Source of the DNA: Bugula neritina
Lineage: Eukaryota; Animalia; Bryozoa
Direction: 5' to 3'
NCBI GenBank assembly: GCA_964035545.1
Contig: OZ037765.1
Span: forward strand, 3,658,001 to 3,722,000
Length of the DNA stretch: 64,000 nt
Below the pieces are notes generated by a model. The model was not told where the DNA came from. It saw only the letters and a list, made by a program, of their open reading frames with translations, and ran no database searches. A program made the translations under genes and the position numbers. Of the stretch, positions 53,101 through 64,000 are shown piece by piece (positions within the stretch are counted from its first letter, which is position 1; each line of letters begins with the position of its first letter).

Positions 53101-56100
53101 GGTATTGCCTAATCAGCTCTTCTTACCAAACATGATTTAATGTTTCCTATAGAAGTTAACATCAAAAGCTTCTGACCAGCTTCTGAACTTGCCTTGTGGT
53201 TGGAAACCTCTGAACTAATGAATTCTCCCTGCTTATAAACCCATAAAACTATTTCTAATGTTTAGACAGACTATCAAATAACCAACTGTTATCAAATTAT
53301 CAGTCAACCGGTCCTTCAGTTTCCAACTGCGACTTCAATCAAATGCCATCACAGTTTTCTCAAGCAAAAAGTTTTCTTTTATCTCCACCCGTCTGCTTAT
53401 TTGCTGAGTAAGCCGGTTGTGCAATTTCCCAGCAGGCCAGTTCACTGAATAATCTCCTTGATTGTCTTAGCGCCAGATTTATTGATTATTTTTGAAGTTT
53501 CCTAATAGACCATGTAAGCTTGGTACATTTAGTACCTTGTACCAATTCTAGAATACTCACCACTATAACTTATATAAACTTCTGCAAGTTCAAATGCAAA
53601 ATGCATACTTCTAGGAAATAGCTGTGCAACTTTTATTACATGCATTATTTTATTTCGTATCTTAAATTTATGAATCATGAGTTCATTTTTCAAAATGTTT
53701 AATTTAAGTGCTTAAAAATGCAAATAAAAAGTACAAGTTTAAAAAAATACCCTGGTGCAAGTTGACCACAGCCCCAGCTGTTTTGGCAAAACACATTTAA
53801 TGACATTTTCATCGACATAGTGGTAAATGGGCTGGTTGTTTTTGGCAGATGGGTAGCACGCTGGCTGGCTGCAACTTTATACAATTCTGATTGGCTGGAC
53901 TCTACATGACCAGCTAATGATTGTATCTGATTGGCCTAATAATTCATTTGCATTTAAAAATGTAGAGTTTTATATAAGTTATAGTGGTGATGTTTTAGGG
54001 TTGGTACACACCCCTTTTTTGGTTGAGTTTTATAGTCTGATCATGCTGTAGTCATGTACAACACTTCAGTGTATGAGGAAATTATTAGTATTACGAAATC
54101 TGTTTTGGCTTATATTTCTATGCCAGTTTTCTGACTTGGTTTGTAATAAACCATAGGCAGCTATATAACTTAGGTGATTTCATCGAAGGTAGACACTGTT
54201 TAGGTGCAGCAAATCAAACACTGTTGTTACTATTGCAAAACAGTAGCAATAGCATAGCACAGTCAGCGAACTGTAATGGCAGTGCTGCACCATATTTATC
54301 AGCACTAGCATATATTTACAGCACACTGACGAACACATGTATAAGCATGTGCTAAGCATAAATTAGTTGCTTATGTACCCACCATTATTTTACTTAAAAA
54401 AATTACAACAGTAATTTTTTCAACTTGGTTGCATATTTATTTGCAGGAGTTAAAATGCACAGCTTTTAGCAATAGACAACATAGACGATTTACATAAAAA
54501 TGAGCTTTAACCTGTAGTGCTTGGCATGCTAGTTTATACTGTTACAATTGGTATCATCACCAGTTTGTACATGATTTCCTTAGTGAAACAGCATGTTATC
54601 CCACAAATGCAATGCCATCAGCCATAGGACAATACAGTCCAGTTTCTTTCAACTATGAAGTAATTTTGTTAGCAGCTTGCTTCATTTTTAAGTGATATTT
54701 AATGTGAGCTTCTCAGTCTCAAGTCATTGTTCGAGCAAATATCTGCACCTAGCTCTGAAGCTATACTAATGAGTTTTCAATACATGTTTTTCCTCACTCA
54801 AAGTAATTATCAACCACCATTGAGGCAGGAAGATGACAAAAACATTCTGAGGGCTAGTATCCAACACCATATGCCAGCCATTAAAACTTCACTATAGTGC
54901 TTCCGGAGCACACCTATTTCTACTATACCATGGCGATCTTCTTACAGTATTTACTTATTTCCTGGCCATGCCACCTGGAAAGAAAGGTCATTTTCAACTG
55001 ACTAGAATGCAGTAACTCTAAACTAAATTAATTGCTATCCTTAGAATCCAGGTTAAAAGAGCAATCAACCCATAAAAGACTTGATATCCTAAATAGTCCT
55101 GGAGGTGTAAGCTTACTGTTTGCACCTCTTTTAGAAAAGATTATAATATTCTGCTGTGCTTTCTGCAGCCACCCTTGGTAACCAATAAAGTGTAGCACTT
55201 TATAAAAATTTTTTTGGTGTGCTATTGTATATGCATGTGCTATACCACTATGCTTTGTAAGCTAAAGTCTGATATTAATGGTTTTTGGGTGAAATAAAAT
55301 GGCAGCTCAGACTCGATGCTTATTTTGGATAATATTCTGTTGGTAACATTGTTGTATGCAGTCAGTGTTGAAATATAATGCCTTCATTACAGTTTTAGTG
55401 GAATCAGCGGTTTCTCTGTAAATATCATGTTGCATCACACAATATGAAAAAAATGTTCATCAAATCCAATGTTTAATCATCATTTATTCTAGCATATACC
55501 AGAGAACCTTTGTATTTTACCCAACTGACTAAAACATGTATTGAAAACTCATTAGTAAAATTGTTGATGTTATTGCAGTAGCTTCACAGCTAAGTGTAGG
55601 CACTTCATCCAGCAATAGTTTGAGGCTGATTACTTCACAGTTAAAAGAATCTAGAGTCTAGATTCTAGAGTCTAGACTCTAGAGTCTAGACTATATTGTC
55701 CCATGGCTGATGTCAGTACATTTGTAAGATAATCATGCTGTTTCGCTAAATAAATCGTATACAAGAAAGGGTTATCAACATGGTATTATAGGTGATGATA
55801 CCAACTGGCAATATAGACCCACATGCAAGGCATTACATGTTAATACTAATTTTTATACAAAATGTCTACATTATTTGTGCAATTAAACTCTTGCAGATTA
55901 ATATGTGATTGATTAAAAAAGCTACTGCTATATAAATTTAAAATAAAACAGTAGTGAGTGCACAAGCAAATAATTTATGGTTAGCGTGGGTTCATGCATT
56001 TGTAATATGCATGTGAAGCAATTTTTTAAATTATCACATTAAAATAGGCTGAAGCACAAAATAATCAGACTATGAGAATGTATTCAGTAATATGCATTGA

Positions 56101-59100
56101 TTTAAAACTAAATCATGAAATGATTATCATTTTTGCAACCTCTGTACTTGGTAGACAGGATAGAGAGGGGTGATGTGACTGCTGTAACTGCGTTACTGCT
56201 CTACATACTAACAGACTAGGCTAGTGTATTTAGGTGCCTTACATAAGATATTTTAATAAAACTGGTGAGTTTAGTGTGGCCACTGCCATTGCAGCTAGGT
56301 GACTGTGCAAGTGTGCTATGCTCTCACTACTGCTTTGCAATAAAACCAAGTAACAGCACTGGTTGATTTGATGTTCTAAGGTCTAAGTAATGTCTACCTT
56401 TGATGAAATCACTCAAGTTAGAACAGCCTGCATATGGTTGATGAAAAACTAAGTCAGAAAACTGGCATAGCAATATAAGCCAAAACAGATTTCGTAATAC
56501 TAATAATTTCCCCATACACTGAAGTATTGTAGATGACTACAGCATGATCAGACTATAAAACTCAACAAAAAAGGGGTGTGTTATACCAACCCTAAAACAT
56601 CACCACTATAACTTATATAAAACTCTACATTTTTAAATGCAAATGAATTATTAGGCCAATCAGATACAATCATTAGCTGGTCATGTAGAGTCCAGCCAAT
56701 CAGAATTGTATAAAGTTGCAGCCAGCCAGCGTGCTACCCATCTGCCAAAAACAACCAGCCCATTTACCACTATGTCGATGAAAATGTCATTAAATGTGTT
56801 TTGCCAAAACAGCTGGGGCTGTGGTCAATTTGCACCAGGGTATTTTTTTAAACTTGTACTTTTTATTTGCATTTTTTAAGCACTTAAATTAAACATTTTG
56901 AAAAATGAACTCATGATTCATAAATTTAAGATACGAAATAAAATAATGCATGTAATAAAAGTTGCACAGCTATTTCCTAGAAGTATGCATTTTGCATTTG
57001 AACTTGCAGAAGTTTATATAAGTTATAGTGGTGAGTATTCTAGAATTGGTACAAGGTACTAAATGTACCAAACTTACATGGTCTATTCCAATTCAGTCAG
57101 AATCATTTGTTTAAATTATGCAAATTTTTCAATAACAACTGTTGAGTAGCCATGCTGGAATTCATTCCAACTTTAATGACGTGGTTAGAAATGACCAGCA
57201 CTGAGATATTGGTTAGAAATTGTGGTTTTAAAACATACCAATATTTCATTTCATGAATGAATTTACAGTCAACCTTAAAGTTCTTAAATAATGCTAATTT
57301 AATCAGCTGCTCAGTAAATGTGGAAGATGGGTTGAAGCTAGTGGAGGGGGTTGGGGGAGTGGAGGGAGGGGTTAGAGGGAGTTGAAGGGGGATGAATGAT
57401 ACCGCAACCACTTTGCTGTAATATTTGTGATAATACAGCCGTAATGCTCAACAGTGAGATCTATAAGATTTGCTATTGTACATTCCAATTATATGTGATT
57501 CAAATTAACTTTTTTTCTGTAAATACCATATAATTTATTATAATAGCATTGTGTTATAATGATAACATCATGAGAATATTATGGCGGTTATACATTAAAA
57601 TTTATGTTATAGTATATAATACTCAACACCTTCTATTTGGAATGAAAAGCCATATTTTATATTTTGCAATGTTATTATACAATAAATTATAAAATTTATA
57701 GTTATTTATTATACATGATGTATTTCCTAATGGACAGGATAATTGCTCTCATTTATATATTTATCAGTGCAAAAACTTCATCAAAAGTTTAATGCTGGAC
57801 ATCAAAGTGTTTAATGTTACTTTACAGACACATGAGCTGGTGAGTCTGAGACAGTTGACTGATACTGTTCCTACTGTCCCGGTATGGCTGTACGCCATCG
57901 ACCGGAGTGGCAGAATCTCATTGGTCAACTCTAAGAGCAAATGTAGGTCAACCCGCTCCAGCATTTTAGAGGTAAGTAACTTACTAACCTACAGTTGGCC
58001 GGGCCAATTTCAGAAATTCTGGCAAGCTCTAACTTGAAAAAATTGACGTCAAAATTTGTGGTCTTAAAAGCTATTAAATATTGCCTTCTCTAAATGCACA
58101 TAAATAAGAAATTAATGTGTTGAAATATCGCAGGTGTTGATTACTTGTTACTATTTTGAAAGGAGCATTCAACTTGTATGTTCGCTATGTAACTTTTACA
58201 ATTGATGATGGGTGAAGATTTTAAGGATAGATAAAAGCAGTGACTCATCTTTCTCAATTTAGCTTTTCCAACTTCCTCTCAGCTTTTCAAAGCATTGTGT
58301 AATGAACTATGACTTTCTATAGTATTGTGATGTATATTTAGGTAGTGAAAGTTAAAGTAGAGTTGAAAAAAATTCATTACGTAGCAAAACCTTTGTGAAT
58401 ATTTTAGCTTAAAAATTCACATTTCTTCCAAAACAACAATTCGAAGTCCAGAATAAAACCCAAAAGATAAATATTTTGTGATATTTGGACAAGCAGTGCT
58501 TAGAAACAATTGCATATGGAAGACTAGCTTGTGGGGCAGCTTTTTGTCCTTGACCCAACAGTAGATAAAACAGGCTGACATCTTTCACGCTGACTTCCTG
58601 AGGAGTTGCATGCTGGAATGTAATCATCATGTTGTGTCAGCTGAAGAATGTAGCTGTCACAATACTTGATTCATTACAATGACATCCCTGTACAATGCAT
58701 GTTTGCTGTCACTGCTGACTTGCTATCCTATTGTTTGCTGACAGGAGTGTCACTTCCCAACAACATTAGTATATAATCTTACAGCGTAATAAATCTTGTT
58801 CTAGCTGCTTAGAAGCGACATGAATGGTTTCTTGAAAGCTAATAAAGCTAAATATTTCGGCTTCTTATCTACAAACTTTAATCACAAACCTGGTTCAGAT
58901 GTAAAACTTGTTGGGTTTCTAACCCATTCAGTCACTGCGCAACATAAATAGATTATATAATGTACAATCTATGTATATTATATAATATGTACACAACTAT
59001 CTCTGTTTTATATCTCAAGGGAAATTCATCTGGAAAATCAATCAATTTCTGCTGTTTTACTTGTGTTATATAATTATACTAAAAAGACTAGTATGGGCTC

Positions 59101-62100
59101 AGAATTTCTATAAACATACTTTATGTATTAAGCTGCCCTACTTTCTATCTAGTGTACCTATTTCTTTCTACAGGTATCATCTAGTGTACCTATTTCTTTC
59201 TACAGGTATCTGAGCAGTGCGACATGATATACCTGAGTGGAGAAGGAAGTGACCCCAGCATAGTGGAGGTGCTGTTTGAGTATAACAAGATGGCCGCCAC
59301 TGCAGACGTCAGGGTCTGGTACCCGGCGGTCCAGATGTCCATCAAACTAACAGACGACAGGCTCCACGAGGTCAAGGGGTGGAAGGTCAAGGCTGAAACG
59401 TAAGCTGAGTTCTGCTTTCAAATAAATATTGTGAGGCTCGGTCTATTTTCTAGCCTTTGGTAGGGTTACCATTGACCCTCTGTCTCCTGTTATTTTGTAT
59501 TGAGAAATTATAAAAAAATTGTATTTCGTAACCAAGCTTCAACACATAAATAATTCCTTTTAAGATAATGTTGAAATTCCGGTGTTAGATTTCTAGAGAG
59601 CTTCAACTGTTATAGTTGGGAGGAGTCTAACCTCCCCTCACCTACTGTTCAATCAGAGAACCTAGTCTAATGAGGTTGCTAGATAGTTTTTGTTAATTTA
59701 TGACTGTGAGACTTCTTATTACATAACAGCACATTATAGCTGGGCCAGTGGTTGGCAGAGGTTGAATCACCAGAAGTTATAAAAACATTCTTTCATCTTC
59801 ACAGAGATGTTCTGTTTTGATAGATATTTGGTTGGCACCTGGGGTGTTGCTATAAACACTAATTAATAAATAGTATAACTACAGACACAGTGTGACTCAC
59901 AACTTCCTCTGGTTTCGCTGTTTATTCTCAGCATCTCCCCTTTACAATGATCTCCAAACATAATGTTGATAATACAGCTAAATAATTAATTAATTTATAA
60001 ACCTGCTGAATGATTGTTTATATACATTTCGTTTGATGGACCATTCACCGATTCTAGTATACCTCTTTGTTTAATTGAATATATAAATGCATTACGTAGA
60101 TATACTCTCCATGGTATATTCCTGGCTAACTTTTGTGCTGCTGAATATTTGCTGCCTAATGTTTGTTTAGATTTCTCCTTGGAATATGAACTGCGTAGGA
60201 ATTATCTAGAGAGCTATAATAATTATGAATACGTAAGACTTAATTCATACACACTTCATATGCCAGCAGCTCTCTAGGGCTACACTTAGTATAAATATTT
60301 TATGTGATTAATATATCATTATTAACAATTCATAAATAACATATCGATCTGGCACGAAGCTTCTAGCCATGGACATGATTAGCCAAGTAAGAGCTTCCCT
60401 TCTGTATTATTACACAACTTTAAACCATCAGCAATCAGCTGTTATACAGGAAACTGGTTAGGCTGTACAGTTGACTGGCTTCAGTGTTTCCAAGTAGTAA
60501 TATTCCTATCAGTGATTATGTTTCACTGAATAATTATTGATTGAGTAGAGAGAGTGTAAAATATCAAATGTAGTGTGATGTGAGATAATTATGGCAGTGA
60601 GTAGATATTTGATATCACAAGGTTATAGCAGTTTACCTGGACACTTCCTTTAATATGACTATATACATATGATGATTGTCAACTTCACACCTGGTTGAAG
60701 TATGTATAGCTGGAGGTCAACTGAAATTCTTGGCATGCTGAGGCTATAAAAGTTGCTATTAGAAATATCTCAGATTATCACTCTTTGATCAACGTTGCAA
60801 AAAATGCCTGAATTCATCATTCAGTGAATTTATTAGTTGATAGCTATCTTAACTGTTTGAAATGTTTAAATGCTCTAAGAGCCATGAAGTGGTTGATTGA
60901 GATTTAATAATTTAAAATGTTGCTTTTCAGAAAATGTTTATTTTTAAAACTTTGTCACCCATTAAATCTTTTTACGTATTTACCAATATTTTAGTGTGCA
61001 AGCATTTTGGTGTCTAGAAAAAGCATCTTCTTGATTTTCTTGATCTCTCAAGCAATATTAGTTAGTTATAGTTTGTATTATGTTGTAGAAATCAAGCAGG
61101 CAGACGTGATGTTAATGCAGAGTGTTACCCCAGATACCAGACGTCTGAGGTGAGAGTTTATACTAAGTTCTACACCGTCCACGACAGACGGGACGTGTAC
61201 ATGAGGGGTGGGAAAGTTGAGGTGTTTGCAGATGTCACCCGCTACGTCCAGCACCTGATACAATCGTCCAATAAGAATGTGGTTCGCTATGAGAATGGGC
61301 TGATAGTTGGCGTGGCACCTGGAAAAGCAACTATCAAGGTAAAAAGCCATTTTTAATAAAAGCTTTTTAATGAAATTATAATTATAGTAATCTTTTCTAT
61401 AAGTTATATGTTCATAAATTATAACCCGTACAATTTAAAGCAATTTAAATTATTTTGTTTATTTCAAATTATGAAAGATATTTTTGCTATTAAAATTCCC
61501 AACGCATGTATATTGGAACATATTTTAAAGCTTTTTCTTGACTACAGTTGAAATAGTGGCTATTGTTATCTTAATTGCACCAATTTGTAGCGCTGGAAGG
61601 CATGATACTGCGTTACGTTTATAAACAGCTGTTAGCTCAGTACTTGAGCAAATAATGGCTTCTCGCTGCGAGGAGATAAGATAACTACTGTGCTAATAAC
61701 AGACAAGTTCCGTTTCCAACTGGGCTAATATTTGAGTAATACTTGAGATAATTTACTCTCACTATGCATACATGCTTCTCTTAGCAAAAGTTACAATTTT
61801 TATGTTTCTAGTTTTGTAAAAGCTTTTTTGTGTTTATATGCATCTTTTTAATTTGATTTATTACTTCCCATAAGTTCATAGTGAATTTTTATGATAAAAT
61901 ATATAGCTACTGTATTTGGCATGTTAACACTCCTGATCTGAAATCACAGCTAATATATTCTGCTGTAGTCAAGATCTTCAAGCTAAGAAAAAGGTGATAG
62001 GTTTCGGTAGGTCACCCCCAAGTTATATAGAACTAGTTGAAATGTTGCATCTAAGTCTATTATGACTTGCAGGTGGTGAGTTTGAGTGGAGCTACGCTAG

Positions 62101-62258
62101 CAGCATCTGATGTCAAGGTCGTATCCAGCAAAGTAGAGGTCAACAGGATAAGTGGCAACTTTGTGAGTGACTTCAACATGGTGGTGACTCCGAGCAGTGA
62201 ACAGGGCTTGCTGGTGGCTACATTCAACTATGAGAGGGCTCTCTCGGATAAGTTGGCG
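47191..62258 (+). CDS. TMEM132: TMEM132-family transmembrane protein, 5' part (>=650 aa); continues beyond the right window edge
   Basis: Exons 47191-47287 (signal peptide MKFNSILPSSKALEQILFIFPVAFLLLFSSVDG), 48935-49691, 50680-50823, 51568-51745, 57828-57971, 59206-59399, 61089-61338 and 62073-62258, with consistent phases. Family motifs are CMATVPLPYEWW, CRSTRSSILEVSEQCDMIYLSG, VRVWYP...TDDRLHEVKGWKV, CYPRYQTSEVRVYTKF and DVTRYV...GVAPGKATIKV. Confidence 0.87.
51876..51999 (-). mobile_element. tRNA-derived SINE, copy 6
   Basis: CAGGAGTAACTATGACTGAATGCTCTTCCTAACATCACCAATGG...GCTCTAACCCCTAGACTACAGCTGCTCCC is near-collinear with 33-154. Confidence 0.8.
52473..52600. repeat. ~49-bp tandem minisatellite, ~2.7 copies
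   Basis: The unit GTGTGTGCATGTAACGCTGAATTTATAACTAATAGTTCTACAGTA is repeated with few changes. Confidence 0.85.
53504..57087. mobile_element. 3.6-kb non-coding fold-back (long inverted-repeat) element, superfamily unassigned
   Basis: 53504-~54005 is the near-perfect reverse complement of ~56585-57087 (I counted ~3 differences by eye). Recognisable inverted homology continues to 54790 / 55531. Ends are AATAGACCATG...CATGGTCTATT. Confidence 0.88.
59147..59210 (+). repeat. Perfect 32-bp tandem duplication spanning a TMEM132 splice acceptor
   Basis: ATCTAGTGTACCTATTTCTTTCTACAGGTATC occurs at 59147-59178 and again at 59179-59210. Confidence 0.95.
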
Positions 62259-62666
62259 GTAAGTCTATTATAGCCTCAGTTTTATTACCTCAATAGGGGA
62301 GTGAATGCAGCAGCCAACTTGCTGGTTTAGTTTCTGTGAAGGAACTTTGTCACAGTCTTGTAGACATTGTAAGAAGTGTATAGGAATGCAACTTCTAGCA
62401 ATCTATAAGAATAATCTATACTGACTCCATTCTTGTGTTGATTGGGTTGTAAGGACATATAGAATGATAAATATGACAGAATAGACATTGTTTATTCCAT
62501 TGCCAGGACATTTTCTGAACTCAAGTTTATCTCAAGTTTCAATTTGAAGTCAAGTTTTTGACCTTTTCTAACCTCTCTGTCTTAGAAATTATGAAAAGCA
62601 GTGTACAGGCTGTTTAATACTGAAATAGAATTTAGTGTTATGATTTACAGTTCATGATAACAATCA

Positions 62667-63438
62667 CGGGCTTTCCATGTACCGATCTCAGATCGATCTC
62701 GCTGAGATCGATCTGAGAAATGTGCTCAGATCGACAGTTTTTCCATGAGAGCGTCAGATCGATCTCGCGAAGTTGCCTCCTCTTAAGTGAAGGATACTTT
62801 AAAAGTATAATTTGTTCACCTTTTTGAGTGATTAAAGCTACTACTGTTGAAAACAAGATGGTCGTAGTCTAAAATTTAATCCCAGCTATAAACTATACGC
62901 AGCAAAGCTTTCAGTGTATGGCAATTTGGCCAATTTAAAATAATTAATTTTATTTTTTTAGCTTGACAGCTTAAATAAAATTAATGGCTGTCTTGCAGAT
63001 TATTAATAAACTCACAGCACTGTTAAGCTTAAAATTACAAAGAAAGTAGCTAATGAAACTAAGTTTTAATAGTCATTTAAATTCAATTTAAATTCTCCCA
63101 TTTTTTACCTTCTACTGCATATAATTCAGTTTTCTTAATCATTGTACTGAAAGTCAAAGTTTTGCCACCTGAAAAGGTGGCTATCTTAATTAATAAGTAC
63201 TTTGCGTAGTAATTAACAATAAGTTATCATTTTCATTAGCAGACAACATTTTAGCGAGCAGTCATTTTTCTACTTCTCAGATTGTTCTTTCGTCTTTCCA
63301 TGGTCTTATTGCTTTGAGATCGATCTGAGTTCGAGCTCTACAGACCGACCAGCTCAGAACGACTGAGATCGATCTTTGACGTCTTTCCATGGATCGATCT
63401 CGCTGAGATCGATCTGAGATCGGTACATGGAAAGCCGG
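62667..63438. mobile_element. MITE with long GATC-rich TIRs, PIF/Harbinger-like (~770 bp), in TMEM132 intron
   Basis: The TIR GGCTTTCCATGTACCGATCTCAGATCGATCTC at 62669 has its exact reverse complement ending at 63436. The flanks are TCA and TGA (TNA-type, not identical). Confidence 0.8.
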
Positions 63439-64000
63439 TGAAATAGTGCTGACCCAAGCTGCTGTCCCTAAGTTCATGACCCTAACCTGCTGACCTTAAG
63501 CTGTCCAACAACACTGTTGCAGTAATTTGATTGTTTAGCAAAATAACTCCACTATTTCTGCAAGTCTGAAATATTTTCAATAGAGAAGATAACTTCTCGT
63601 GTATTAGTTTGATTCTGCAAACTTGCATCTCTCTGCATAGTGTGTTTCTGTTAGGATAGTTTTATATATCATTTCTTAATCTTCTCACTCTAAAAGCATG
63701 AATTCCACCTCACTGATATCTTCTATCTGATCAGTGTTACTCACCACCTCTCCTCCAGCCAACTTCTCTTCACTGCAGTCCTTATCTCTCTTCCTTCCTT
63801 CACCCCTAGAGAGCTCCTAGATGTCCAGGCAAGTGCTCCGAATGCCTCCAGACAAATTATATTGCCAGAAAAATAGATATTATAATTAGTATCTCCCTCA
63901 CTGGTATTACACCCTTGCTAATCAACAATTTGATGGCTTTAGGCTAAACCAATATAAAGTAGAATAATGGATTGATCCTCTGTATGACGTAAACTGTTAG

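Noticed and set aside
54791-55530. Transposase remnant in the fold-back spacer
   Set aside because: No ORF of 60 aa or more and no recognisable DDE or tyrosine-recombinase motif by eye; a translated search would be needed to exclude decayed fragments.
52751-57440. Older TIR element (GGCTGTATTAT ... ATAATACAGCC) enclosing the fold-back element
   Set aside because: Only 11 bp match, there is no TSD, and the same 11-mer also occurs near 3230; it cannot be supported.

Overview
AT-rich, intron-containing eukaryotic genomic DNA from an invertebrate animal (probably a lophotrochozoan; this is inference). I rebuilt five spliced protein-coding genes by hand, using GT-AG boundaries with consistent intron phases. 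(1) A partial minus-strand secreted short-chain collagen C4/spongin-like gene runs off the left edge. (2) An 11-coding-exon, ~436-aa minus-strand TPR protein of unknown function. (3) A divergent Wnt5 gene (4 exons, 372 aa). (4) PNPLA8/iPLA2-gamma (7 coding exons, ~611 aa). (5) A TMEM132-family gene that runs off the right edge. Non-coding DNA contains six copies of a tRNA-derived SINE, a non-autonomous hAT element with an 8-bp TSD nested in one SINE copy, two PIF/Harbinger-like MITEs and several microsatellites. The most unusual structure is a 3.6-kb non-coding fold-back element in a TMEM132 intron (53504-57087). Its 1.3-1.55-kb inverted arms are almost identical over the outer ~500 bp and decay inward, and each outer block is itself bounded by inverted repeats. 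A 32-bp tandem duplication of a TMEM132 splice acceptor creates a competing out-of-frame 3' splice site. Most ORFs in the supplied track are spurious or are fragments of exons.
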